From Patescibacteria group bacterium (GTDB lineage: Bacteria; Patescibacteriota; WWE3; UBA101185; UBA10185), in contig JBHPHX010000001.1 in assembly GCA_042571515.1 (NCBI GenBank), positions 75,508 to 111,678 of the forward strand: a stretch of 36,171 bases of DNA, in the 5' to 3' direction. The position numbers and the translations under genes are program-made. Positions 26,571 to 35,076 of this stretch are shown here, in pieces (positions within the stretch are counted from its first letter, which is position 1; each line of letters starts with the position of its first letter). The notes under the pieces were generated by a model, which saw only the letters and a list, made by a program, of their open reading frames with translations, was not told where the DNA came from and did no database searches.

Positions 26571-27222
26571 CTTCTATTAATTTAGCGGTCACTACTAACC
26601 TATTAAAGGTGGTTCCAGGTGGATGGCAGGTTTGTAATGTCAAAATAGGTTCAATAACAGCTCGATCTATTGGGTTCACATTCCAACCCTTTACAACTTC
26701 CGAATTTACAACTTCATATACATAAATGTCTCTCTCAAAAAAGATGTGAACCCTATCCCCTATCTCCAGTTTCCTAAGCAAATTAAACACGTTTGCATAT
26801 TTACCCAATCTCCAAAAATTGAGGGAAGCATGAGCAAACAAGTAGGTGTTGCCTGGATTTTTAGAGGGATATTTGGAAACAGAGGCATGTGCAACTCCCC
26901 ACTTCAATGCTTCTAGATAAGCTTTCTCGTTTGTTACCGGCACATCTACTACGATGGGAACATTCACACCGATTTTTTCAATCACAATAGAGAAATCTTT
27001 ATTTACGGGCTTAATAGATATGGGCCGGGTGGTCAAAAATCTGGCGAAAACACTGTCTTCTTGTGCCGTGTCATCTTCCAATCTGAGCTCTTGGTTTCTA
27101 AACTCTTTTAGGCGGAACCAAACCTCGTCAATGATAAGCGGGCCAAAAGCGAATAGCAGGAATACAATTCCTATGAAGGTGAGTAGGTTGGGAATATATT
27201 TTTTGTATTTTGTCAGGTTCAC
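26542..27222 (-). CDS. Sortase-family protein
   Basis: N-terminal TM, GVAH, PGNTYLFAH, FNLLRKLEIGD, LTLQTC.PPGT...R catalytic motifs. Confidence 0.9.
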   Translation of the reverse strand: MNLTKYKKYIPNLLTFIGIVFLLFAFGPLIIDEVWFRLKEFRNQELRLEDDTAQEDSVFARFLTTRPISIKPVNKDFSIVIEKIGVNVPIVVDVPVTNEKAYLEALKWGVAHASVSKYPSKNPGNTYLFAHASLNFWRLGKYANVFNLLRKLEIGDRVHIFFERDIYVYEVVNSEVVKGWNVNPIDRAVIEPILTLQTCHPPGTTFNRLVVTAKLIEVNEAQQYIN

Positions 27223-27267
27223 ACAGATATTATATCAGGACCTTATGTTAAAATAACGGCTGTACCT

Positions 27268-27342
27268 GCCTCCGTAGTTAAATGGATATAACAAGCCCCT
27301 CCTAAGGGCTAGTTACAGGTTCGATTCCTGTCGGGGGCACCA
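27268..27342 (+). tRNA. tRNA-Arg(CCT)
   Basis: GCCTCCG/CGGGGGC acceptor stem, AGCCC-CT-CCT-AA-GGGCT anticodon arm, GGTTCGATTCC T arm, CCA end. Confidence 0.95.
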
Positions 27343-27464
27343 TGATTCAACAGGCTCACTGCAAGTGGGCGTGGTGAATCATAATGTCCCTGGCTAGGAC
27401 TGAAGCTAGCAGGTTCATACTTCTGAGGTATTCCGAAGAAGGTAGCGAAACGCAGTTTCGCGTC

Positions 27465-27514
27465 TTCCTGTCGGGGGCACCATGATTCAACAGGCTCACT
27501 GCAAGTGGGCGTGG
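27465..27514 (+). repeat. Exact 50-bp duplicate of the tRNA-Arg 3' end and trailer (27325-27374)
   Basis: ttcctgtcgggggcaccatgattcaacaggctcactgcaagtgggcgtgg occurs twice, 140 bp apart. Confidence 0.9.
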
Positions 27515-27536
27515 CGAATAATAAAGTTTACAAAAT

Positions 27537-27624
27537 GGAGGGGTGCGAGAGCGGTTTAATCGGCTGGTCTTGAAAACCATGCGTCCTAACGGACACGAGG
27601 GTTCGAATCCCTCCCCCTCCGCCA
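27537..27624 (+). tRNA. tRNA-Ser(TGA)
   Basis: GGAGGGG/CCCCTCC acceptor stem, TGGT-CT-TGA-AA-ACCA anticodon arm, long variable arm, GGTTCGAATCC, GCCA end. Confidence 0.95.
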
Positions 27625-27983
27625 GTGGAATTTCATACAATACCCCATTTACACTCACTAAAAATATGGTATGTTAAGTCATAGAAATAAGAGAATATAT
27701 TTCCTATTTAGGCTCTATAAATGATTAGATAGGAAAAGGAAATATATATAAGGAGCCTGAGAAAGCCTCATATCCTTATTATTACCATATTTTGTCATAC
27801 TGACAATCTAGGCGGGTATCCTCCATTATTTGGACCCCTCAAATGTGCTTGAAAGCATCTTGCTAGCTTTATCCTTAGAGATCTTTACAAGTATATGGTG
27901 ACAAGCTATCGTATTCTTGTAAGGATTTGGAAAAATAACAATCTACGGGTGCTTGGGGGCTATTTCAGATTTAGGTAGAAATG

Positions 27984-28565
27984 TCAGTATGAATAAAGGT
28001 CTTCGTGTACTCGTTTATAGTCTAATAATTCGTCTTTTTTAAACCAAAGTTTGATCTCTTCCTCAGCTTCATCTGTCTCCCCCGAGGCATGTATTAAATT
28101 CAAGACTCCTCTCTTCCTTTTCATACTAGTCAAGGCGGAATCTAGTCCAAAATCCCCCCTTATAGTCCCTGCGGGGGCTGTATCTGGATAAGTAGAACCA
28201 ACTATAATTCTAATTTTACTGACAGCGTTGGGCCCTTCAAAAACAAAAGCCATAACGGGCCCTAAATCAAACATTTTATATAACCACTCGTTCACTTGTT
28301 TTCCGATCTCTTCCGCATCTTCGGTTCCAAAAATATCCTTGGCATCTAAACCAAAGGTCTTACAGTCCTTCAAGTTAAATTCCCCAACCTTCTTATGCCA
28401 TTTACTATCTTTTTTGTAGTGCTTTCTAACCACTTCGGAATCTGCCCGCAAAAGCTTTGCACCAATTATTTTTAGTCCTGCTTTTTCAAATCTGGAAATT
28501 ATTTCACCGGCAATTCCACGTTGAACGGCGTCGGGTTTTAGTAAAACTAAGGATCTTTCAATCAT
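27984..28565 (-). CDS. ndk: Nucleoside diphosphate kinase
   Basis: ERSLVLLKPDAVQRG, GTIRGDF, NLIHASG. Confidence 0.95.
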   Translation of the reverse strand: MIERSLVLLKPDAVQRGIAGEIISRFEKAGLKIIGAKLLRADSEVVRKHYKKDSKWHKKVGEFNLKDCKTFGLDAKDIFGTEDAEEIGKQVNEWLYKMFDLGPVMAFVFEGPNAVSKIRIIVGSTYPDTAPAGTIRGDFGLDSALTSMKRKRGVLNLIHASGETDEAEEEIKLWFKKDELLDYKRVHEDLYSY

Positions 28566-28586
28566 GGGATTGATGTTAACAAAAAT

Positions 28587-29624
28587 TTACTCTTCCAACA
28601 AGATCTCAACAATATTAAATTTGCCTTCCTCATCTACTTCCAGTATAGAAAATCTAGGCGATTGCAGCCCTCTTGAAGGATCAATTGCCCCCACAACAAT
28701 ATGTTCCAGGGTGCTTCTTTCGGGATCTATAGAATTACTAGACCTATGATGGTCGGCAGCAACCACTCCCCTCACCTTTGAATTTCTTAAAACCTCCAAG
28801 ATCTCTTCTCTCTGGGAAGCAATATCCTCATCCTCCTCGCCATTAACGTACCCCATAACCGGACTTACAACAGAAACAATTGGGCTAAAAACAGGCTGGG
28901 CTAATATAACAAAATCTGCGTCTGTCACTTCATTTCTAAACCAGGCTATGCTGTCCTCAAAAATTGGGGTGTGATTGGCACTATTGTCGAGAATTACAAA
29001 CTTGTTGCCCTCAATAGTTATCGTCGTATTGGATCTTCCAAAAACTTGGGTAAAATTCTCCCAAGGATCATCTTTGTTCGCCCCATCTGCCAGATCATGG
29101 TCCCCAGGCAGCACACTGTAACTAAGCCCACTGTTATCCAATACAACCTTAGCCTCTTGTAGGGATTCTAACTCACCATAGTTCGTGGCATCTCCCAGAA
29201 AGAATACGTGGTTCACACTATTCGTTTTTGCCATATGAAGGGCTTTAGTTAGCTGGGCATTGTCATCATGAGAATCTCCCATAAGAGCAACCTTAAAGAT
29301 GGGCTCTGTTACCGTTACTGGCCTGGAATCTTTCCCATCCCTCTCGCTTTGGGAAGAAGATACACTTGGGGCGATACTCGTGTTCATCACCCTTTCTGCA
29401 AAACTACCTGCAACCTGTCCCACTCTTTCCTCCGATAAACCCAGTCTAGCTAAAATAGGGCTGGATATACGCACAATCTTGTCTGTATCTAAATCTGAAA
29501 CTCCCCTTACAAATAGTGAGACCGCAAGAACAAAGGCAGAAAGAATAACAATAGAAAGAATAGATCTTGAAAATCTTGAAAATATTCCCGTTCTTCTTTT
29601 GCGGTATGTTCGTCTCTTGACCAT
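28587..29624 (-). CDS. Membrane-anchored calcineurin-like metallophosphoesterase
   Basis: N-terminal TM; GDSH, LGDAT, PGDHD, ADHH motifs. Confidence 0.82.
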   Translation of the reverse strand: MVKRRTYRKRRTGIFSRFSRSILSIVILSAFVLAVSLFVRGVSDLDTDKIVRISSPILARLGLSEERVGQVAGSFAERVMNTSIAPSVSSSQSERDGKDSRPVTVTEPIFKVALMGDSHDDNAQLTKALHMAKTNSVNHVFFLGDATNYGELESLQEAKVVLDNSGLSYSVLPGDHDLADGANKDDPWENFTQVFGRSNTTITIEGNKFVILDNSANHTPIFEDSIAWFRNEVTDADFVILAQPVFSPIVSVVSPVMGYVNGEEDEDIASQREEILEVLRNSKVRGVVAADHHRSSNSIDPERSTLEHIVVGAIDPSRGLQSPRFSILEVDEEGKFNIVEILLEE

Positions 29625-29669
29625 GGTAATTACATTTTAACAAAATGGTAGCGGGTGTGCCCATCCGCG

Positions 29670-31406
29670 TCACATTTTATCAACTGTTCTTATACCCAGC
29701 AAACCCAGGGCGTTTTGTAGCACTTGGGCACTGGCCCAAACCAAATGTAGCCTAAACATCTTTTGATCCTCATCCTCAGTCCCTAATACAGGCACACTGG
29801 CATAAAAAGAGTTAAAACTTTGTGCCAGCTCAAAGGTAAAGTTGGCAATCAGGTTTGGGGCAAATCTTTCCCCTGCCTCTTCTACCACTTCCTGAAACTG
29901 ATACATAATCCTAAGCACATCTTTCTCCCTTTCCTCCAAAGGAACGTCAATAGGGGAGTAGTCGTTAAACATTTCCTGGGTAAATCCAGCTTTTTCCAGT
30001 ACGGACTTAGCCCGAGCATAGGTATACATCAAATACGGGCCTGTATTACCCTCAAATTTGGTGGCAAGATTATAGTCAAATACCACATTTTGTTTGGGAT
30101 CAACTCGCAACATACCATATCTATAAGCTCCTATGGCTACCTTTCTTATAATTTCCCCAACATCTGGTAAATCAGATTCAACCTCCTCTTCTTCTAGTTT
30201 TGTTAGCTTCTCAAAAACTTCGTCTGCGTCCATAACTAAACCCTTTCTAGAGGACATCTCACCTTCTGGGAGACTTACTGTGCCATAGGAAACGTGGTGA
30301 AGTCTGTCAGCCCATTCATAGCCTAAAGCCTTAGCTATTTCAAAAAGTTGCTTAAAATAATCAGATTGTCGGTAGTCGACTACATATAACCTTTTGTCGA
30401 ATTTGTATTTTTCGAAACCATCTCTTGCCATATCAATATCTTGTGTAGCGTAAACCGAAGTTCCGTCGCTTCTTAACAACACCTTATCCGGAAGGCCAAG
30501 CTTTTCTAGCCTTGCAATGACTGCCCCAGTCTCATCCTTTTCGGCAATACCGTCATTTATTGCCTTTTGTACCACCTTCTTGCCACTTTCCTTATAATCG
30601 CTTTGGTAGAACCAAACATCAAACTCCGCTCCCTCGTTTGCATAAGTCTCCTTCCAGCCTTCGTATACCCAACCTGTTATCTTTTTCCATAAATCTATTG
30701 TTTCTTCCTCTCCAGCTTCCAAACTCCTGAATAGCTCCGTTACCTTTTCTTTCAACTCGGGATCTTTTTCCTCCTCTTGGGTATATTTGACATATAACAT
30801 CCCAACAAAGTGGTCGGGTTTTCTATCTGGTTTCTGATTCTCAAAATGCATTTTGTACATGAGCATAGACTTACAAATATGTGTGCCCCAATCATTCATA
30901 TAATTAGCTTTGACCACATCATAATTTAAAAACTCAAAGATATTCGCTAGGGAACTACCAAGAAAGTTATTTCTAGAATGACCAATGTGTAAAGGTTTGT
31001 TTGGATTGGGTTGGGAGTACTCAATTAACACAATTTTTTGGTCACCAGTATCGCTGGACCCATAGGAAGTTGGGTTGTTTGACACTTGGTAGGGTAAATT
31101 CTTTAACCAATTATCGGATAATTTGAAATTTATAAAGCCGGGTGACGAGCACTCTATACTCTCAAAAATGGGGTACTTGTCTTCAAGAAACTCAAACTCC
31201 ATATCAAAACTGTGTAGCTCATAGCACAGTTTTTTGGCAATATCCATTGGTGACTGATTGAGTTTCTTTGTCAGGGTAAGTGCAACGTTTGTTGAGAAAT
31301 CACCGTGGATTTTGTTGTCGGGATGCTCAATAAGTACAATCTCTAATGCAATATCAAACGCATTTTTGACTGATTCTATTACTTTTTGCTCTAAATAGTC
31401 CTTCAT
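29670..31406 (-). CDS. argS: Arginine--tRNA ligase
   Basis: GDFSTN, PGFINF, EYSQPNPNKPLHIGH, MSSRKG, FEGNTGPYLMYTYAR. Confidence 0.96.
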   Translation of the reverse strand: MKDYLEQKVIESVKNAFDIALEIVLIEHPDNKIHGDFSTNVALTLTKKLNQSPMDIAKKLCYELHSFDMEFEFLEDKYPIFESIECSSPGFINFKLSDNWLKNLPYQVSNNPTSYGSSDTGDQKIVLIEYSQPNPNKPLHIGHSRNNFLGSSLANIFEFLNYDVVKANYMNDWGTHICKSMLMYKMHFENQKPDRKPDHFVGMLYVKYTQEEEKDPELKEKVTELFRSLEAGEEETIDLWKKITGWVYEGWKETYANEGAEFDVWFYQSDYKESGKKVVQKAINDGIAEKDETGAVIARLEKLGLPDKVLLRSDGTSVYATQDIDMARDGFEKYKFDKRLYVVDYRQSDYFKQLFEIAKALGYEWADRLHHVSYGTVSLPEGEMSSRKGLVMDADEVFEKLTKLEEEEVESDLPDVGEIIRKVAIGAYRYGMLRVDPKQNVVFDYNLATKFEGNTGPYLMYTYARAKSVLEKAGFTQEMFNDYSPIDVPLEEREKDVLRIMYQFQEVVEEAGERFAPNLIANFTFELAQSFNSFYASVPVLGTEDEDQKMFRLHLVWASAQVLQNALGLLGIRTVDKM

Positions 31407-31436
31407 AACACCTCATACGATACATTTATAATACCT

Positions 31437-32150
31437 TCAATCAATAAAAACCTCAATACTTCCTTCCATGTCTGTTCTTAGAACCTCACATTCAATTTCC
31501 CTTAAAAAACTTAATACTTCTTGGTGGGGGTGACCATACATATTTCCTTTACCTACAGGGATTAGGCAGTATTTTGGACGAAGATGTAGCAGGAATTCCT
31601 TATTTAACGCGTTTTTTGCACCATGATGTGGAACCTTATAAACTTCCAAAGGACCGTCAATGTAGTAATCCAATCTTTCCATATTTATATAACTCTGGCC
31701 CTCGCTTTCTAGATCACCCATAAAAAGTGCCTCAAAGTTTCCATAATCTAACAGTACAATAATAGATGAGTTATTTTCGTCACAAGTTTTACAAGGCTGA
31801 AAAATTACAAGCGTGACATCCCCCCATTTGTAGACAGATTTTTGTGGCCACCCAAGCTTGCAATATGTAGAAAGTCTCTCCAACCCCCGCTTATGATCCG
31901 CATGGGGGTGGGTGAGTACCACCAGATCCAAATTGCATGTTCCGAAAGGGGACTCTTTCCTCAAATGTCTAGAGATTTCATAGTTTGGCCCGCCGTCAAT
32001 AAGAGCTTTTCCCCAGGGAGTTCTTATATAAACTGCATCCCCCTGACCTACATCAAAAACCCTTATTGAGAACGGGTGGTTTTGATTACGGAGGGTATAA
32101 ACCCCTATACAGAAGCAGATGAGAAATAAATACACTTTTACTTGCGACAT
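31437..32150 (-). CDS. ComEC-associated metallo-beta-lactamase-fold nuclease (stand-alone)
   Basis: FDVGQGDA, LIDGG, LTHPHADH, NNSS, LFMGD, KVPHHG, YGHPH, RTD. Confidence 0.88.
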   Translation of the reverse strand: MSQVKVYLFLICFCIGVYTLRNQNHPFSIRVFDVGQGDAVYIRTPWGKALIDGGPNYEISRHLRKESPFGTCNLDLVVLTHPHADHKRGLERLSTYCKLGWPQKSVYKWGDVTLVIFQPCKTCDENNSSIIVLLDYGNFEALFMGDLESEGQSYINMERLDYYIDGPLEVYKVPHHGAKNALNKEFLLHLRPKYCLIPVGKGNMYGHPHQEVLSFLREIECEVLRTDMEGSIEVFID

Positions 32151-33136
32151 TTTACTAACATAAAGACAAAAAAGTAGTAAATAATAAGAAATTTCAACCC
32201 AATTGTAATGCCAATTGAGGCGTGAGGCACTTTGGAAAAAAATTCCACAACGGTGGTGAAATACTCCAGAGGCATGTACGCTAGTAGTCCTACAGCCTCA
32301 TTAATAATCGGTATAGCTCCCACCATAATTAACACTCCACCAAGAATTGTTGTCAACGGCACAGTCCAGAGGATAAGAAAATTAACTAAAGGTGAAATCA
32401 GACTTATCGTACCAAAGCTGTACGAAATCAACGGCCAAACCAGCACCTGGGCCGCCAGGGTGGCACTTAAATCCTCTATTAACACCCCCTTAGCCTCTAA
32501 TCTCTTTTCTAAGAAGCTTTGAACTGGATTAGCAAATAGGACCAGGCCCAGAGTGGCTAGGAAACTGAGTTGAAAGCTCAATGAAAACAAATACAGGGGA
32601 TTGATTACAAGCATAACTAGGGCCGAAAATACAAGAACAGCTTGGACAGGGATCTTGCGTCCGTAGTACTTTCCTAAGGTAAAAATACTACCCATTATCC
32701 AAGCCCTAATAACCGGGGGGTCAAATCCGGAAATTACCGCGTATCCAAGAGTGCAAATTACCGCAGGTAATAAATTTTTTATTTTGTAAGGTTGGCCGAA
32801 GATTCTAAAGATCAGAGTGTAGACCAAACTAATATTGAACCCGGAAACAACTACGACGTGGATGGTCCCAGTTTCTCGAAGCATGTCGTTAAACGTAGGT
32901 AAGAAGGAAAAATAATTGGCACCAATTGTCATCCCTAACAAAAGCTCGCTATGTGGGCTAGGTAGTAAACTATTCACGACTTCTTGGGAATATTTATGAA
33001 CATCCTCAACCCATTTGTATGACGAGTCTCCCCTATCCTGAGACATAATCACACAATTTTTGAGGGATCTTTGGCATACATTGTCTAGTCTGAAAAGGAC
33101 AAAAATAACCAAAAAAGCAAAAATAATTTTACTCAT
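32138..33136 (-). CDS. comEC: ComEC/Rec2 competence membrane domain
   Basis: GTIHVVVVSGFNI, PPVIRAWIM, NP.YLFSLSFQLSFLATLG. Confidence 0.9.
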   Translation of the reverse strand: MSKIIFAFLVIFVLFRLDNVCQRSLKNCVIMSQDRGDSSYKWVEDVHKYSQEVVNSLLPSPHSELLLGMTIGANYFSFLPTFNDMLRETGTIHVVVVSGFNISLVYTLIFRIFGQPYKIKNLLPAVICTLGYAVISGFDPPVIRAWIMGSIFTLGKYYGRKIPVQAVLVFSALVMLVINPLYLFSLSFQLSFLATLGLVLFANPVQSFLEKRLEAKGVLIEDLSATLAAQVLVWPLISYSFGTISLISPLVNFLILWTVPLTTILGGVLIMVGAIPIINEAVGLLAYMPLEYFTTVVEFFSKVPHASIGITIGLKFLIIYYFFVFMLVKCRK

Positions 33137-33758
33137 ATACCAGATCTTTTTTTATATCCTCCAAAGTAGAGGCCTTAACGCCCGACTTTTCTTTTAGGCT
33201 TTCAAAATCGGCGTACGGTCGATTATCAACTATTTTCTGAGCGTAGGTAGGCCCAATACCTGGAAGACCATCTAATTCCTCCATTGTTGCCTTGTTTACA
33301 TTCAATTTCCCCGTTTTGGTACTAGGTTCCTCTAAGGGTGTCGTCTCGGGAATGTCAAATTCGAGGGGTATAATATCGTAAATTTCCTCATTTATGATAT
33401 CCCACTCAAATGGAACGTATACTTTCTGTCCGTCTTCAAGTTTGGAAGACAAATTTAGATTCTTTGAAACCCACTCTTTAGAAACCTGAGTTTGTATTCC
33501 TTCCCCTTGTTTTAGCAGATCCACAACTAGAGAGCTGTCGGGCAACTGGTATACCCCTGGCTTATTTACTGCACCAGATATATCTGCAAATATATAACCT
33601 CCCACTCCCTCTGAATCTACGCAAATCTCTTTTTTAGAGAACACGTATTTGGAAAGTAGCAAGGAAACAAAAACTCCACCTAAAAACAAGGATACAGGAT
33701 AAATGTAAATATATTTTGTAGAAATAGTTTGGAGTATTTTAGCCAGGGATATATCCAT
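33129..33758 (-). CDS. comEA: ComEA DNA receptor (TM, SLBB, HhH)
   Basis: ADISGAVNKPGVY, NLSSKLEDGQKVYVP, LNVNKATMEELDGLPGIGP. RBS before the ATG at 33758. Confidence 0.92.
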   Translation of the reverse strand: MDISLAKILQTISTKYIYIYPVSLFLGGVFVSLLLSKYVFSKKEICVDSEGVGGYIFADISGAVNKPGVYQLPDSSLVVDLLKQGEGIQTQVSKEWVSKNLNLSSKLEDGQKVYVPFEWDIINEEIYDIIPLEFDIPETTPLEEPSTKTGKLNVNKATMEELDGLPGIGPTYAQKIVDNRPYADFESLKEKSGVKASTLEDIKKDLVYE

Positions 33759-33799
33759 GTCCCCTACCCTGACATACAAATATATATTAGGGAAGCACC

Positions 33800-33824
33800 A
33801 ATATTCTAGTTAAACTAGAATATT
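33800..33824. promoter_or_regulatory. Palindromic box ATTCTAG-N5-CTAGAAT upstream of comEA
   Basis: aatattctagtt-a-aactagaatatt; the 19-bp core is identical to the 14405 copy. Confidence 0.6.
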
Positions 33825-33909
33825 AATTAACGCATATTCCCCGCAAACCTACCCCTATTATGGACTTGTAAGTAACATTATTCCCGCATATTTCCCGCGA
33901 AAGGTTTAC

Positions 33910-33938
33910 AAAAGAGAAGACGCCATCTAAATGACGCC
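33910..33938 (-). terminator. Intrinsic terminator after the ArsR gene
   Basis: Minus strand ggcgtcat-ttag-atggcgtc followed by ttctctttt. Confidence 0.6.
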
Positions 33939-33961
33939 TTATCTTAGGAAGAGGTAACCTT

Positions 33962-34258
33962 CTAGTTACCTTCCATTGCCTTTATTAGTATTTCCTCAAA
34001 AGCAGGGTTTTTCTTGAGATCTTTTATCAAGGAGACGAATCTCGCCTCGTTGAGTTTATAAAAGACCTCTCTACCTCTTTTATTATTTTTCAGAAATCCA
34101 AGTGAAGCCAAAACTCTAAGGTGGTGAGAAGCTAGGTTCTCCTCCACATTTAGCTTGTCTGCCACCCAACTTACGTTCTGGGGGCCTTCACTCAGGAATC
34201 TTAAAATTTTTAGCCTGTTCTTGTCGGAAAAAGCCTTTGAAATTTTTTCCTGATTCAT
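33962..34258 (-). CDS. ArsR/SmtB family transcriptional regulator
   Basis: KAFSDKNRLKILRFL, ASHHLRVL, RGREVFYKL. Confidence 0.9.
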   Translation of the reverse strand: MNQEKISKAFSDKNRLKILRFLSEGPQNVSWVADKLNVEENLASHHLRVLASLGFLKNNKRGREVFYKLNEARFVSLIKDLKKNPAFEEILIKAMEGN

Positions 34259-34331
34259 GTATTCAATATATAACATTAATTGGGACAATTCAACTAGTTA
34301 CAAACTATCTTTGGTGATACAATATTTGCAT

Positions 34332-34985
34332 ATGAAAAACTATATTGAGGTAAACCAATTAGTAAAGAAACTAAAAAGTAAAAAGGTGGATTTGGGAAAA
34401 GGAGATCCTTACAACAGGTTGAGGTATTACACAAAGATTGGGTGGCTTCCACATATGGAAAGAAAACAGGCCAAATCAGGCTCTGTCAAGGGCCATTATC
34501 CCGTCTGGGTGCTTTCAAGGCTAATATTAATAGATGATTTAAAAAAGAGGGGCTTTAGTAATAAAGAAATAGGTGAAAAAATTAACACTCGCACCAAACT
34601 TCAGGATCTTTACACAAAAGTTAACTCGCCTCGTATAAAAAGCAGGATTACCACCTACCTAATTTTGATTTTGTTAATATTTATACTTCTTAGTGAACTA
34701 GGGGTTATTAATATATCCAAACCCAAAAATACCACTGTTGTTTTAAGCGAATTTATAACCATCTTGGACAGTGGAAACTCAACTGTTCCTTTATACAATG
34801 ATAGAACTTTTATAAGAAGTGCCTTTATAGATGAGGAATCGAAGATATATGTTACCTTCACACAGGATTATTCCCCCGCAAATAGGTATTGGGTGGGTGA
34901 AATTGAACCTGGCAAAGGATTTTACTTAAGATTAGATGCTCCCGTGAAGAGCAATTCGGATTTTTCTTGGTGGATCAGCAATTAA
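34332..34985 (+). CDS. MerR-type HTH + TM + C-terminal beta domain shared with the giant protein
   Basis: RLRYYTKIGWLP..GHYP..LSRLILIDDLKKRGFSNKEI; YLILILLIFILL (TM); SKIYVT..GKGF..DFSWWI. Confidence 0.8.
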   Translation: MKNYIEVNQLVKKLKSKKVDLGKGDPYNRLRYYTKIGWLPHMERKQAKSGSVKGHYPVWVLSRLILIDDLKKRGFSNKEIGEKINTRTKLQDLYTKVNSPRIKSRITTYLILILLIFILLSELGVINISKPKNTTVVLSEFITILDSGNSTVPLYNDRTFIRSAFIDEESKIYVTFTQDYSPANRYWVGEIEPGKGFYLRLDAPVKSNSDFSWWISN

Positions 34986-35017
34986 AGACATCTTTCCCGT
35001 TACGGGAAAGTGTTATA

Positions 35018-35046
35018 TTGACACTTTGTAATCCTCAAACTACAAT
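35018..35046 (+). promoter_or_regulatory. Sigma70 promoter
   Basis: TTGACA-17 bp-TACAAT, preceded by hairpin ctttcccg-tta-cgggaaag (34992-35010). Confidence 0.75.
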
Positions 35047-35076
35047 AAATATAGTTAATCATTTATAAGGAGGAAA

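Noticed and set aside
27325-27514. CRISPR array
   Set aside because: Only two units, the repeat is a tRNA 3' end, the spacer is 90 bp, and there are no cas genes.
27356-27658. 100-aa minus-strand ORF
   Set aside because: Antisense to tRNA-Ser and the repeat; a typical tRNA shadow ORF.
27625-27983. 360-bp intergenic stretch as a gene or RNA
   Set aside because: No convincing ORF; only short AT-rich inverted repeats (atatatttcct/aggaaatatat) that could arise by chance.
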